DNA of 64,000 nucleotides, taken from NCBI GenBank assembly GCA_965205655.1, contig CBDBIJ010000042.1, positions 5,269 to 69,268 on the forward strand, written 5' to 3'. The notes below the pieces were generated by a model. It worked only from the letters and a program-made list of their open reading frames with translations, was not told the DNA's origin and ran no database searches. Both the position numbers and the translations under genes were made by a program. The DNA comes from Candidatus Latescibacterota bacterium (GTDB lineage Bacteria; Latescibacterota; UBA2968; UBA8231). Below are positions 28,259-36,672 of the stretch, piece after piece. How positions within the stretch are numbered: position 1 is the first letter of the stretch; every line of letters starts with the position of its first letter.

Positions 28259-29827
28259 ATGAGCAAATATCTCGGCATCGACGCGAGCACCCAGTCGATG
28301 ACCGGTCTCATCATCGACACTTCGATTTCGGAGATCGTGCTGGAGGAGTCGGTCAACTTCGACGCTCACTTCAAAGACTCTTACGGCATCGAGAACGGAG
28401 TGCTCGAGTTCGGCGGTGGTGAGGTGCACAGCCCGCCGCTGATGTGGGCCGAGGCGCTGGACCTGTTGCTGGCGCGACTGGCCGAACGGCGCGCACCTCT
28501 GGCTGAGGTCGAGGCAATCGCGGGCAGCGGGCAGCAGCACGGAACCGTGTATCTCGACGACACTGCTGCTGTCGCGCTCGCAGACCTCAGCGCCCAGCGG
28601 TCGCTCGGCCAGCAGCTGTCCGGGATCTTTTCCCGGTCTACCTCACCCATATGGATGGACACCTCGACATCGGAGCAATGTCGCCAGATCGAGTCGGAAA
28701 TCGGCGGTCGGCAGACCCTTCTCGAGCTCACCGGCAACAGCTGCTTCGAGCGCTTCAGCGGCCCTCAGATTCGCAAGTTTTACCAGGTCGATCCCGAGGG
28801 CTACTCCCGGACTGCGTACATCGGTCTGGTCAGCTCATTCATTGCCAGTCTGCTGGCGGGCCGCCTCGTGCCGGTGGATCCCGGTGACGGTAGCGGCACG
28901 AACCTCATGGACATCAGCTCTCGACGCTGGAGTCCTTCCGCCCTCTCCGCCACGGCGCCGGGCCTCGACGCCAAGCTCCTTCCCATAACCACTTCCCACG
29001 AAGCCGCCGGCCGCATCTGTCCCTACTTCGTCGAGCGCTACGGCTTTTCTCGACAGTGCCTGGTGCTGCCTTTTTCCGGAGACAATCCGTGCAGTCAGAT
29101 CGGCCTCGGGCTCGTGAAGCCGGGCAAGGTGGCTCTGAGTCTGGGCACCTCGGACACGCTGTTTGCCTGCATGGACGAGCCACGGGTGTCTGCGAGCGGG
29201 GAAGGGGCCGTCTTCGCCTCGCCCGACGGGATCAGCTACATGGCCCTGATCTGCTTTCTGAACGGCAGCCTCGCTCGAGAGGCTGTGCGTGACCACTACG
29301 AGCTAGACTGGAGTGAATTCGCCACGGCATTGAGGCAGACGCCGCCCGGAAACGGCGGCTCCCTCATGCTGCCATACTTCGATGCCGAGATCGTCCCCCA
29401 CGTGAGCCGACCTGGGGTCGTGCGACATCAGCTCGATGCCGGCGACATGGCCGCCAATGTGCGCGCCGTTATCGAAGCCCAGGCCCTGTCCTCGAGGATC
29501 CACTCGAGCTGGATGGGGATTCCAGTGCGGTCGCTTTTCGTCACCGGTGGGGCCTCGGCGAATGCGGACATCCTTCAGGTGTACGCCGACGTACACGGTT
29601 GTGTCGTCCATCGCTTCCAGACGACGAACTCGGCGGCCCTGGGCGCCGCTCTTCGGGCTCGGCATGGCTATCTTGTCGCGGCGGGGGAGGATTCTGATTG
29701 GATGGAGATTGTGGCGCCTTTCACGCAGCCCGAATCCGGGTCCACCATCACCCCAAACCGGGAAGTGAGGTCGGTTTACGACGATCTCGAGCTCGCCTAC
29801 CGCGACCTGGAGAGCCGCTCCGCCTGA
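28259..29827 (+). CDS. xylB: FGGY-family carbohydrate kinase, xylulokinase-like
   Basis: N-terminal YLGIDASTQSMTG (GxDxSTQ as in D-xylulokinases). FGGY C-terminal domain (FVTGGASANADILQVYADV). Confidence 0.6.
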   Translation: MSKYLGIDASTQSMTGLIIDTSISEIVLEESVNFDAHFKDSYGIENGVLEFGGGEVHSPPLMWAEALDLLLARLAERRAPLAEVEAIAGSGQQHGTVYLDDTAAVALADLSAQRSLGQQLSGIFSRSTSPIWMDTSTSEQCRQIESEIGGRQTLLELTGNSCFERFSGPQIRKFYQVDPEGYSRTAYIGLVSSFIASLLAGRLVPVDPGDGSGTNLMDISSRRWSPSALSATAPGLDAKLLPITTSHEAAGRICPYFVERYGFSRQCLVLPFSGDNPCSQIGLGLVKPGKVALSLGTSDTLFACMDEPRVSASGEGAVFASPDGISYMALICFLNGSLAREAVRDHYELDWSEFATALRQTPPGNGGSLMLPYFDAEIVPHVSRPGVVRHQLDAGDMAANVRAVIEAQALSSRIHSSWMGIPVRSLFVTGGASANADILQVYADVHGCVVHRFQTTNSAALGAALRARHGYLVAAGEDSDWMEIVAPFTQPESGSTITPNREVRSVYDDLELAYRDLESRSA

Positions 29828-29852
29828 TGGAGTCGGGAATGGCCTCCCAAGA

Positions 29853-30450
29853 TCAGTCACCTCGCGGGGACGGCGCCCCGCCGATCATGGCGTGGTAGGC
29901 TACGAGCGCCGCGGCGACGTGGACATTCATCGACGGCCCCTTCCCGTGCATGGGGACAAAGACGGCTCCGTCGCAGTGCTGCAGCGTGGCCGGGTACACC
30001 CCCTTGCTCTCGTTTCCAAGAACGAGACAGACCTTCGGGGGATAGGGGTAGTCGAGGTAACAGCGTGTCCCCTGAGCCATCTCCAGCGCCACGAGGTGGT
30101 ACCCCTCTTCCTTTAGACAGCTGGCCGCTTGGTCGATCCGGGGGATCCGCCGCCAGGGCACCCGGCGGTCGTGACCTCCTCGAGGTGCGGTCGATCTCCT
30201 CGTCCGGTGGGACCGGCGTGCGACCGGTGAACACGAGCTCGCGCGCGCCGCAGGAATCGGCGATGCGAAATAGAGAGCCCACGTTTCTTGGGTCCACCAT
30301 GCTCTGCAGCAAGAAGGCGAGCTCGACCTGGGGCGGGTACTGCTCGGCGGCCTCCTGAAACAACCGTCTCGCTTCCACTTTTCGCAGGGGTAGCACTATG
30401 TCGATCAGGGGCCCTTCACCGGCCCCGAGAGACTGATGACGACGATCCAT
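29853..30450 (-). pseudogene. SpoU/TrmH-family RNA 2'-O-methyltransferase, split by a +1 frame disruption (or assembly indel)
   Basis: The N-terminal half (LLQSMVDPRNVGSLFRIADSCGARELVFTGRTPVPPDEEIDRTS) is in one frame. The C-terminal half (VPWRRIPRIDQAASCLKEEGYHLVALE...CLVLGNESKGV...VFVPMHGKGPSMNVHVAAAL) is in the +1 frame. The junction lies within 30162-30183. Confidence 0.7.
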
Positions 30451-31166
30451 GCCTGTTTTCTCAGAAACGGTAGATACTCGAACAGGACCTGATCCACTCT
30501 GTTCAGGATGTTCAAGACTCGGGCGAATCCCGGCTTGTTTCGCAGGAATGCTGCTGCCAGTGAAAGGAGGTGATAGTAGCGGATCTCGACGCTTCCGAAA
30601 AACTCGGCAAGAATGCCAAGATCCCCCGCGCGCAGGGGGTGCTCGTCCTGCGAGCGCATTCGGGGAGTCAGCCGGCGATATAGGTTTATGGCCGCATTGT
30701 GTCCCAGCGGTTCGAGGAACACGGCTCTGCCGCCGCTCTTCAGGACGCGCGCGACCTCTGTCAGTCCCTGGCGCAACTCCAGGTGGTGCAGGATGCCGCT
30801 GCCGAAGACGACATCGAAGCTCGCCGCCGGAAATTCGAGCTTCTCCGCGTTCATGATCTGAAAGTTGACGCGCTCGCTCAACCCTTGCTCGGAAGCCGCC
30901 TGCCTCCCCATTTCGACACCTGCTGCGGAGATGTCTATGGCGTCGACGCCCACCCCTCGCTCTGCCAATGCCAGGCAGTAGCCGCCCCTTCCGCAGCCGA
31001 ATTCGAGGGCTCGCTGCCCGGGCTCGAGGTAGCTGTCAATCAAATCGAAGTAGCGACCCTTGCTGATGGAGACGACGGAGTAGAAGCCGGCGGCGGCGGC
31101 TCGCGTCGCTTCGGTAAAGGTCTCGTCGTGGAACTCCGCCTCTCGAAGCAGGCGACCGTCGGTCAT
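30405..31166 (-). CDS. Class I SAM-dependent methyltransferase
   Basis: Motif I ALEFGCGRGGY. Post-I DAIDIS. Motif II/III region VVFGSGILHHL ... GGRAVFLEP. Confidence 0.7.
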   Translation of the reverse strand: MTDGRLLREAEFHDETFTEATRAAAAGFYSVVSISKGRYFDLIDSYLEPGQRALEFGCGRGGYCLALAERGVGVDAIDISAAGVEMGRQAASEQGLSERVNFQIMNAEKLEFPAASFDVVFGSGILHHLELRQGLTEVARVLKSGGRAVFLEPLGHNAAINLYRRLTPRMRSQDEHPLRAGDLGILAEFFGSVEIRYYHLLSLAAAFLRNKPGFARVLNILNRVDQVLFEYLPFLRKQAWIVVISLSGPVKGP

Positions 31167-31179
31167 GATGCCTCGGCGA

Positions 31180-32060
31180 TCAGCGGCTGAGCTGTCGTCT
31201 CTTCAACCACAGGAGCAACACGTTCAGACCGACGAAGGCCCACACGCCCAGCGCGAGCCAGCGGCGTTGCCGCTGGCTCGCCGAGTGATCGCCGATACGA
31301 GTCTCTACGGCTTCCATCTCTGTTCGGAAGTCACTGACGCTCTCTTCGATAAGAGTTCGGTCGAGAGCGTGGGTTCTGGGATCGGCTTCTCGCAGAGCGG
31401 CTCTCGCCGCCTCCAGCAACGGCGTGGCTCGAGCCAGGGAGCGATCTTCGGCCGCGAGGCTGTCCAGCGTCGCGGCCGTCCGCCGCAGTCGCTCGCCGTT
31501 TTCCTTCAGCAATACACGAATAGCCAAGCCTGTCTCGAGCGCCGCCGTTCCAGCTGCGTGGCAGGAGGTGCAGGTTTCGTCCATAAGGGCGAGCGTCGCA
31601 TCGACGACGCGGTGATTGTGGTGGCAGGAGATACACGTCGGGTTCGCTTCATCACGCCAGTCGCGATGCGGTCCTCTGGCGAAGAAATCGGTCGGGCCGG
31701 TATGGCAGCTGCCGCACACCTCTGCGATGTCGCCCCTTTGTGGCCTCCCTATGAATCCGGTTTGCGGGCGCCTTGGCGATCTGCGCATCCGCCTCGAACG
31801 GGAGGCCGCCGTGGCAGTCGTTGCACAGCATGCCGCCTTGGTAGTGAACGCTTTCGGAAAACTCTTCGGCCTGCTCGAAGTGGCACAGAGCGCAGGCCAC
31901 ATCCTCGAGATCTGCCTTCTGGGCGCTCAGCGGCAGCGCGGGAGAACAGCATCACCCAGCCAACCACCGCCACACCTCGGCAACCACGGACAAGCGTGCC
32001 GAGCGAAAGCATGTCCAGCTCGTGCGATTCCCGACCTCGGCGCGCGGCAGCGATCGCCAT
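31180..32060 (-). pseudogene. Membrane-anchored pentaheme c-type cytochrome, disrupted by two +1 frame shifts (or assembly indels)
   Basis: The signal/TM segment (MLSLGTLVRGCRGVAVVGWVMLFS, ATG 32012) is in frame A. CALCH and CNDCH are in frame B (begins as ...ALPLSAQKADLEDVACALCH). CGSCH, CISCH, CTSCH and a C-terminal TM anchor (WLALGVWAFVGLNVLLLWL) are in frame C. Junctions are near 31938-31943 and 31733-31737. Confidence 0.7.
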
Positions 32061-32061
32061 C

Positions 32062-33239
32062 TCACTCGGCGACCTGCTGTGTCGCCTCCGCGATGGGATG
32101 GGGCATGCCGAGCATGTCGAAATGATAGCTCTTGCCCATCAGTGTCTGCGTCGTCTCCGAAAGATGCCCCAGCAGACCCAGCGCGAGGACGACGAATGCG
32201 ACGGCGGCGCTGCCTGCGAGCACGCCCTTGCGGCGTTTGGGATGGCGCTCGGGCGAGGTGTCGATGAAGAGCGGCAAGACGATGAGAAGCAGCAGAAACA
32301 GCGGCGGTATGTGAACGCCGACAGCCTCTGGCACGTACTTGAGCAGCTGGTACGCCGGTAGAAAGTACCACTCTGGTTTGATCCCGACCGGCGTGTTGAG
32401 AGGATCGGCGGGGTCACCCAGGTGGGGCTGGAACAGCAGGGCGAGCGTCGCGAGGAGCCCGAGAGCCAGATACATCGCGGTGAAGTCCTTCAGCGCGTGG
32501 TGGGGCACGAACGGCTCACCCCCGTCCGCGGCGATCTCGTCGGGCCCGGATTCGCCTTCGTCCGTCCGCTGCAGCATGGAAATGCCCCTGGTAGCGAATG
32601 AGGAACAGGTGAAGCCCCATCAGTGACAGCAGCGCCAGTGGCAGGAGGAAGACGTGGACGACGTAGAAGCGGCCGAGGGTCGGATCGGCCACCTCGGAGC
32701 CGCCGATCATGAATTCCTGGGTCATGGGACCGACGATCGGTATGGAAGCGGGAGCCTCTGTGGCCACCACTGTGCCCCAGTAGGCCACCTGGTCCCACGG
32801 CAGCAGGTAGCCGGTGAACCCGAAGAGGAGGATGATCGCCAGCAGGAGCACCCCGACTATCCACGTCACCTCGCGCGGCCGTTTGTAGCCGCCGTAGAAG
32901 AGGACGCGAACCATGTGGAGGAGGGCGACGATGACGATGAGGTGAGAGCCCCAGTGGTGCAGCGAGCGCACGAGCCAGCCCAGCGGGATATCGTAGGCAA
33001 TCAACTCGATGCTGCTGTACGCCTCTTGGGCGCTCGGCTTGTAGTACACCATCAGCAGCACTCCGGTGAACAGCTGCACAGTCAGCAGTATGATGAGGGC
33101 GGAGCCGAGAGTGAAAAGCCAGTTCACGTGGACGGGTACCGGCTTGCGCAGGTTGCCCATTAACACCCTGCGGGGCCGGCTCGAGATCGAACCGGCGGTC
33201 GAGCCAGTTCCAGAGGGCGCGCACCGCTCCCATCCTCAT
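32062..33239 (-). pseudogene. Cytochrome b (b6-like N-domain + subunit-IV-like C-domain), read in three frames
   Basis: Three segments occupy successive +1 frames. Segment 1: MRMGAVRALWNWLDRRFDLEP (typical cyt b N-terminus; ATGA overlap with the Rieske stop). Segment 2: ...LRKPVPVHVNWLFTLGS...HHWGSHLIVIVALLHMVRVLFYGGYK...FLIRYQG. Segment 3: (GIS)MLQRTDEG...PEWYFLPAYQLLK. Junctions are near 33170-33180 and 32584-32588. The second junction could alternatively be a genuine split into two overlapping genes. Confidence 0.7.
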
Positions 33240-33730
33240 CCCTTCGGGATCTCACCCACGTGGATGCCGTCTTCCCTCGCCGTCAGCGCTACCCGTCCCA
33301 GTGGATCTCGCGCCGGACCGCGCAGCACCTCGCCTCGCAGATTGTAGCGCGCTCCGTGGCAAGGGCACTCCACCTGCTGGCTGGCTGAATTCCAGGCAAC
33401 TGTGCAGCCCAGATGTGTACAGGTGGCCTTCAAGCCGACGAGCGTGTCTTCTTTGCGGATGACGAGAATCTTGCCCAGGTGGCTGCGGGCAACGGTTGCC
33501 TCGTCGTCACCCAGAGACTGCGGAAGCAGGACCCCTTCGCGGCCGACGAGAGGACCGGAACTCGAGGCGCCGCCAGCGGCAGGCCACAGGTATGCCAGTG
33601 CCGTGCCGATGAATCCAGTCGCCGCGCTGAGCACTCCGAGCCCGAGAAGACCGTTTACGAGCCGGCGTGAAACTGGCTTTCGTCTGTCATGACGGTCTCC
33701 CTTGTCTTTTGTTGCCATCCTAGACCTCAT
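33236..33730 (-). CDS. Rieske [2Fe-2S] iron-sulfur protein
   Basis: CTHLGCTV ... CPCHGARY cluster-binding boxes. N-terminal RR-containing TM/Tat-like segment (SRRLVNGLLGLGVLSAA). Confidence 0.88.
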   Translation of the reverse strand: MRSRMATKDKGDRHDRRKPVSRRLVNGLLGLGVLSAATGFIGTALAYLWPAAGGASSSGPLVGREGVLLPQSLGDDEATVARSHLGKILVIRKEDTLVGLKATCTHLGCTVAWNSASQQVECPCHGARYNLRGEVLRGPARDPLGRVALTAREDGIHVGEIPKG

Positions 33731-33921
33731 TCATTAAGTTAGCGCGTCCACGGTGCAACACCCACCGCTCATTTTACTGTCCGATTCCTCACACATAGAG
33801 CATGTTCCCTCTGAGTCAGTGCCCCGGGGAAACTCTGCTTAGATCAGAGTGACCTGCGTTGACTCGTCTGAGGTTCGGTCCGCATGTGTGATTCATTCAC
33901 TCACCTGGAAGGGAATTACAG

Positions 33922-34659
33922 ATGACCGCCTTCATTCGCTCTACCATAGTCGGGATGGCGCTGCTCGTCGGTGCAGCCACTGCAGAAGAAGTAGCCATAC
34001 CGGCCAGCAAGGACAACACGCTCTTTGAAGATGCAAAAGGGGAGACCAGCAACGGCTCAGGTATTTATCTGTTCGCAGGTAACACCAATCAAGGTCAAGC
34101 TCGCCGTACTCTGATCGCTTTTGACATCGCCACCCACGTCCCCACCGATGCGACCGTGACCCGCACAAGCGTTACGCTCAACATGTCCAAAACCACGGCG
34201 GGATCTCAAGCCGTGCAGCTGCATCGCCTCCTCGCTGACTGGGGCGAAGGGTCTTCCGACGCCGCGAGCCAGGAAGGTAAGGGAACAGCCGCGGACACAG
34301 ATGACGCTACCTGGCTTCACACCTTCCTCGACACCCAAGAGTGGGCCGCGCCGGGCGGCGACTTCGTCGGTACGGCCAGCGCCAGTCTGGCGGTCGAGGG
34401 CGTTGGCCTCTACACGTGGGAATCGACCCCTTCGATGGTAGCGGATGTCCAGGGTTGGCTGGATGGTTCCCTTGGCAATTTCGGCTGGATTCTTATCGGC
34501 AACGAGGAAGAGGACAGGACGGCTAAGCGATTTGACAGCATGGAGCATTCCGAGGTCGCCAACAAGCCGTTGCTCACCGTTGAATTCGAACGGGCGCCCG
34601 ATGTTGTCACGTCAGTCGATGCGAAATCCTGGGGCCAGGTCAAACGGAATTCGCACTGA
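33922..34659 (+). CDS. Secreted protein, DNRLRE-domain-like
   Basis: Signal peptide (GMALLVGAATAEE). DNTLFED ... ARRTLIAFDIATHVPTDATVTRTSVTLNMSK ... LHRLLADWGEG pattern resembles DNRLRE/CBM96-type domains. Confidence 0.45.
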   Translation: MTAFIRSTIVGMALLVGAATAEEVAIPASKDNTLFEDAKGETSNGSGIYLFAGNTNQGQARRTLIAFDIATHVPTDATVTRTSVTLNMSKTTAGSQAVQLHRLLADWGEGSSDAASQEGKGTAADTDDATWLHTFLDTQEWAAPGGDFVGTASASLAVEGVGLYTWESTPSMVADVQGWLDGSLGNFGWILIGNEEEDRTAKRFDSMEHSEVANKPLLTVEFERAPDVVTSVDAKSWGQVKRNSH

Positions 34660-34924
34660 CGACCAGGCTGGAGCGCCACGCTCGTGACCCCGCCTTAATA
34701 GCTCTCCGCGAGAGGAAGTCCGCTCACCCCCCGGCCACCACCAGGCGCACGCCGCTTTCGTAGCGTCACTCGTACGCAGCCATCGGGAACCGCCGGTGCC
34801 AGCATGGCCTGCTCGCCGTCGGTAGCATGGTCTGGAGTGCGGCATTCGTTAGCTTCAGTGAGCGTACGGCAGGGTAGTCACACTCCCACCGCGTTCAATC
34901 ACCGCTCCTTCGGACCGCCGTTGA

Positions 34925-35956
34925 ATGTCGACTGAATCCTCGTCACAGCCTCCCATCGGCGTGCTCCTGGCGCAGCTGGGTACGCCGGAGGCGCCCACAG
35001 CCGCGGCGCTGCGACCGTATCTGCGCCAGTTTCTCAGCGATCCCAGGGTCGTGGACCTCCACCCCCTGAGATGGTGGCCGATTCTCTATCTGTTCGTCCT
35101 CACGCGGCGGCCGGCGCGGTCCGCTCGCCTCTACAAGAGAATCTGGCAGAGCGATGGCTCGCCGCTCATGATTCACTCCAGAGCGCAGGAACTGGGCCTG
35201 CGACGGCGGCTGGGATCGGGCTATCGGGTCCTCCTCGGTATGCGCTACGGTAAGCCGAGCGTGCGAGAGGCCATCGAGACATTTGGTGCCGAGGGTATCG
35301 AGCGCCTCCTCGTCTTCCCGATGTTTCCCCAGTTCTCGAGCGCCACCACCGGCTCTGTGTACGACGCAGTCTACCGCGCCGCCCAGGGACGCAGGGGGCT
35401 ATTCAGACGTGATCGCAGGCGCTCCATGCCGACGATCCGGATGGTGCCGCCCTACTTCGATCACCCGGCCTATATCCACAGCCTCGCGGCGAGGCTCGAA
35501 GAGGTAGTGAAGGACAGCCACGAGCCAGATCGATACCTGATCACCTTTCACGGCATTCCCAAGCGCTACGTCGACGAGGGCGATCCGTACCGCACCCAGT
35601 GCGAGACAACGGCGAAGCTGCTCGCGGAAGGCCTCGGGCTGGAGACGGATCGCTGGCTGGTCGGATTTCAGTCGCGCTTCGGCAAGGAAGAATGGCTCCA
35701 GCCCTACACCGAGGACATCCTTCGCCAGCTCGGTGGCCAGGGGGTGCGCCGTCTTGTCGTGACCTGTCCCGGCTTCACCGCGGACTGCCTGGAGACACTC
35801 GACGAGATCGGCAACGAAGGAACCGTTCAATTTCGAGCCGGTGGCGGCGAGGAGCTTGAACTGGTCCCCTGCCTGAATGACCACCCTCGGTGGCTGGACT
35901 CGATGGCGGAGATCATTCGTCAGGAGAGTGCTGGTTGGGATTCGGCGTCGACCTGA
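34925..35956 (+). CDS. hemH: Ferrochelatase
   Basis: GVLLAQLGTPEAPT, PMFPQFSSATTGS, FHGIPKRYVDEGDPY, and VVTCPGFTADCLETLDEI motifs. Confidence 0.88.
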   Translation: MSTESSSQPPIGVLLAQLGTPEAPTAAALRPYLRQFLSDPRVVDLHPLRWWPILYLFVLTRRPARSARLYKRIWQSDGSPLMIHSRAQELGLRRRLGSGYRVLLGMRYGKPSVREAIETFGAEGIERLLVFPMFPQFSSATTGSVYDAVYRAAQGRRGLFRRDRRRSMPTIRMVPPYFDHPAYIHSLAARLEEVVKDSHEPDRYLITFHGIPKRYVDEGDPYRTQCETTAKLLAEGLGLETDRWLVGFQSRFGKEEWLQPYTEDILRQLGGQGVRRLVVTCPGFTADCLETLDEIGNEGTVQFRAGGGEELELVPCLNDHPRWLDSMAEIIRQESAGWDSAST

Positions 35957-36018
35957 GACCCCCGAGAGCACGGCGCTGTAACTACTGATTCTTGACCAAA
36001 TACGGGCCCGCTCTTCGT

Positions 36019-36672
36019 CTACTGAGCCTCCATGCTATGTTCGAGCCAGGCGGTCAGGTCTTTCAGACACGCCTGGCTGATCTCGTGGCCCATATCGTAC
36101 TCGAGGTAGGTCAAATCGAGCGGCAGTCCCTTTAGCAGATCGGCCGAGGCACGGCCCTGCGAGATCGGTATGAGCTGATCGAAGCATCCGTGGCTCATGA
36201 ACATCGGCTTATCCCGGAGAGCTTCTCCCGCCTCTTTGGGGGGAATCATCTCAGGCACAAATACCCCGCTCAGCGAGGCGAGGCCCGCCACCAGGTCGGG
36301 GTGGTTCAGGCCTGCGCTCACAGCCATTGAGGCGCCCTGGCTGAAACCGAGCAGAAAGGTGCTCCCGCCGCTGGCGTCGTGCTTCTCCTGGAGCTCCTGG
36401 ATCAGATCCACCAGCCGCTCCAATGCGGCAGCCACGTCATCGAACTCGACCACGATGCCCTCGGGCCCGAGCTCGATCGGAAACCAGGCGTAGCCGCCCT
36501 GCTCCAGGAGCAACGGCGCGCGCACGCTGACGACACGGAAGCGCGAATCGACATGTGGCGCCAGTCCCATCAGGTCGTTCTCGTCGCTGCCATAGCCGTG
36601 CAACAACACCAGGAGCGGCGCGGTGTCGGCGTCCGTGGAGGTCGGCTCGCGAATGATGTGACGGAGGCTCAT
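36019..36672 (-). CDS. Alpha/beta hydrolase, phospholipase/carboxylesterase family
   Basis: LLVLLHGYGSDENDL, nucleophile elbow GFSQGASM, and C-terminal HG...D..I/GHEI. Start is at ATG 36672 (ATGA overlap with the upstream gene). The 36840 start is an extension. Confidence 0.7.
   Translation of the reverse strand: MSLRHIIREPTSTDADTAPLLVLLHGYGSDENDLMGLAPHVDSRFRVVSVRAPLLLEQGGYAWFPIELGPEGIVVEFDDVAAALERLVDLIQELQEKHDASGGSTFLLGFSQGASMAVSAGLNHPDLVAGLASLSGVFVPEMIPPKEAGEALRDKPMFMSHGCFDQLIPISQGRASADLLKGLPLDLTYLEYDMGHEISQACLKDLTAWLEHSMEAQ

Noticed and set aside
32490-33239. 249-aa ORF overlapping cytochrome b.
   Set aside because: Only its first ~20 codons (MRMGAVRALWNWLDRRFDLEP) look like real cytochrome b N-terminus. 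The remainder is Arg/Pro/Ala-rich out-of-frame sequence over the true b-type core. It is used only as evidence for the frameshift.
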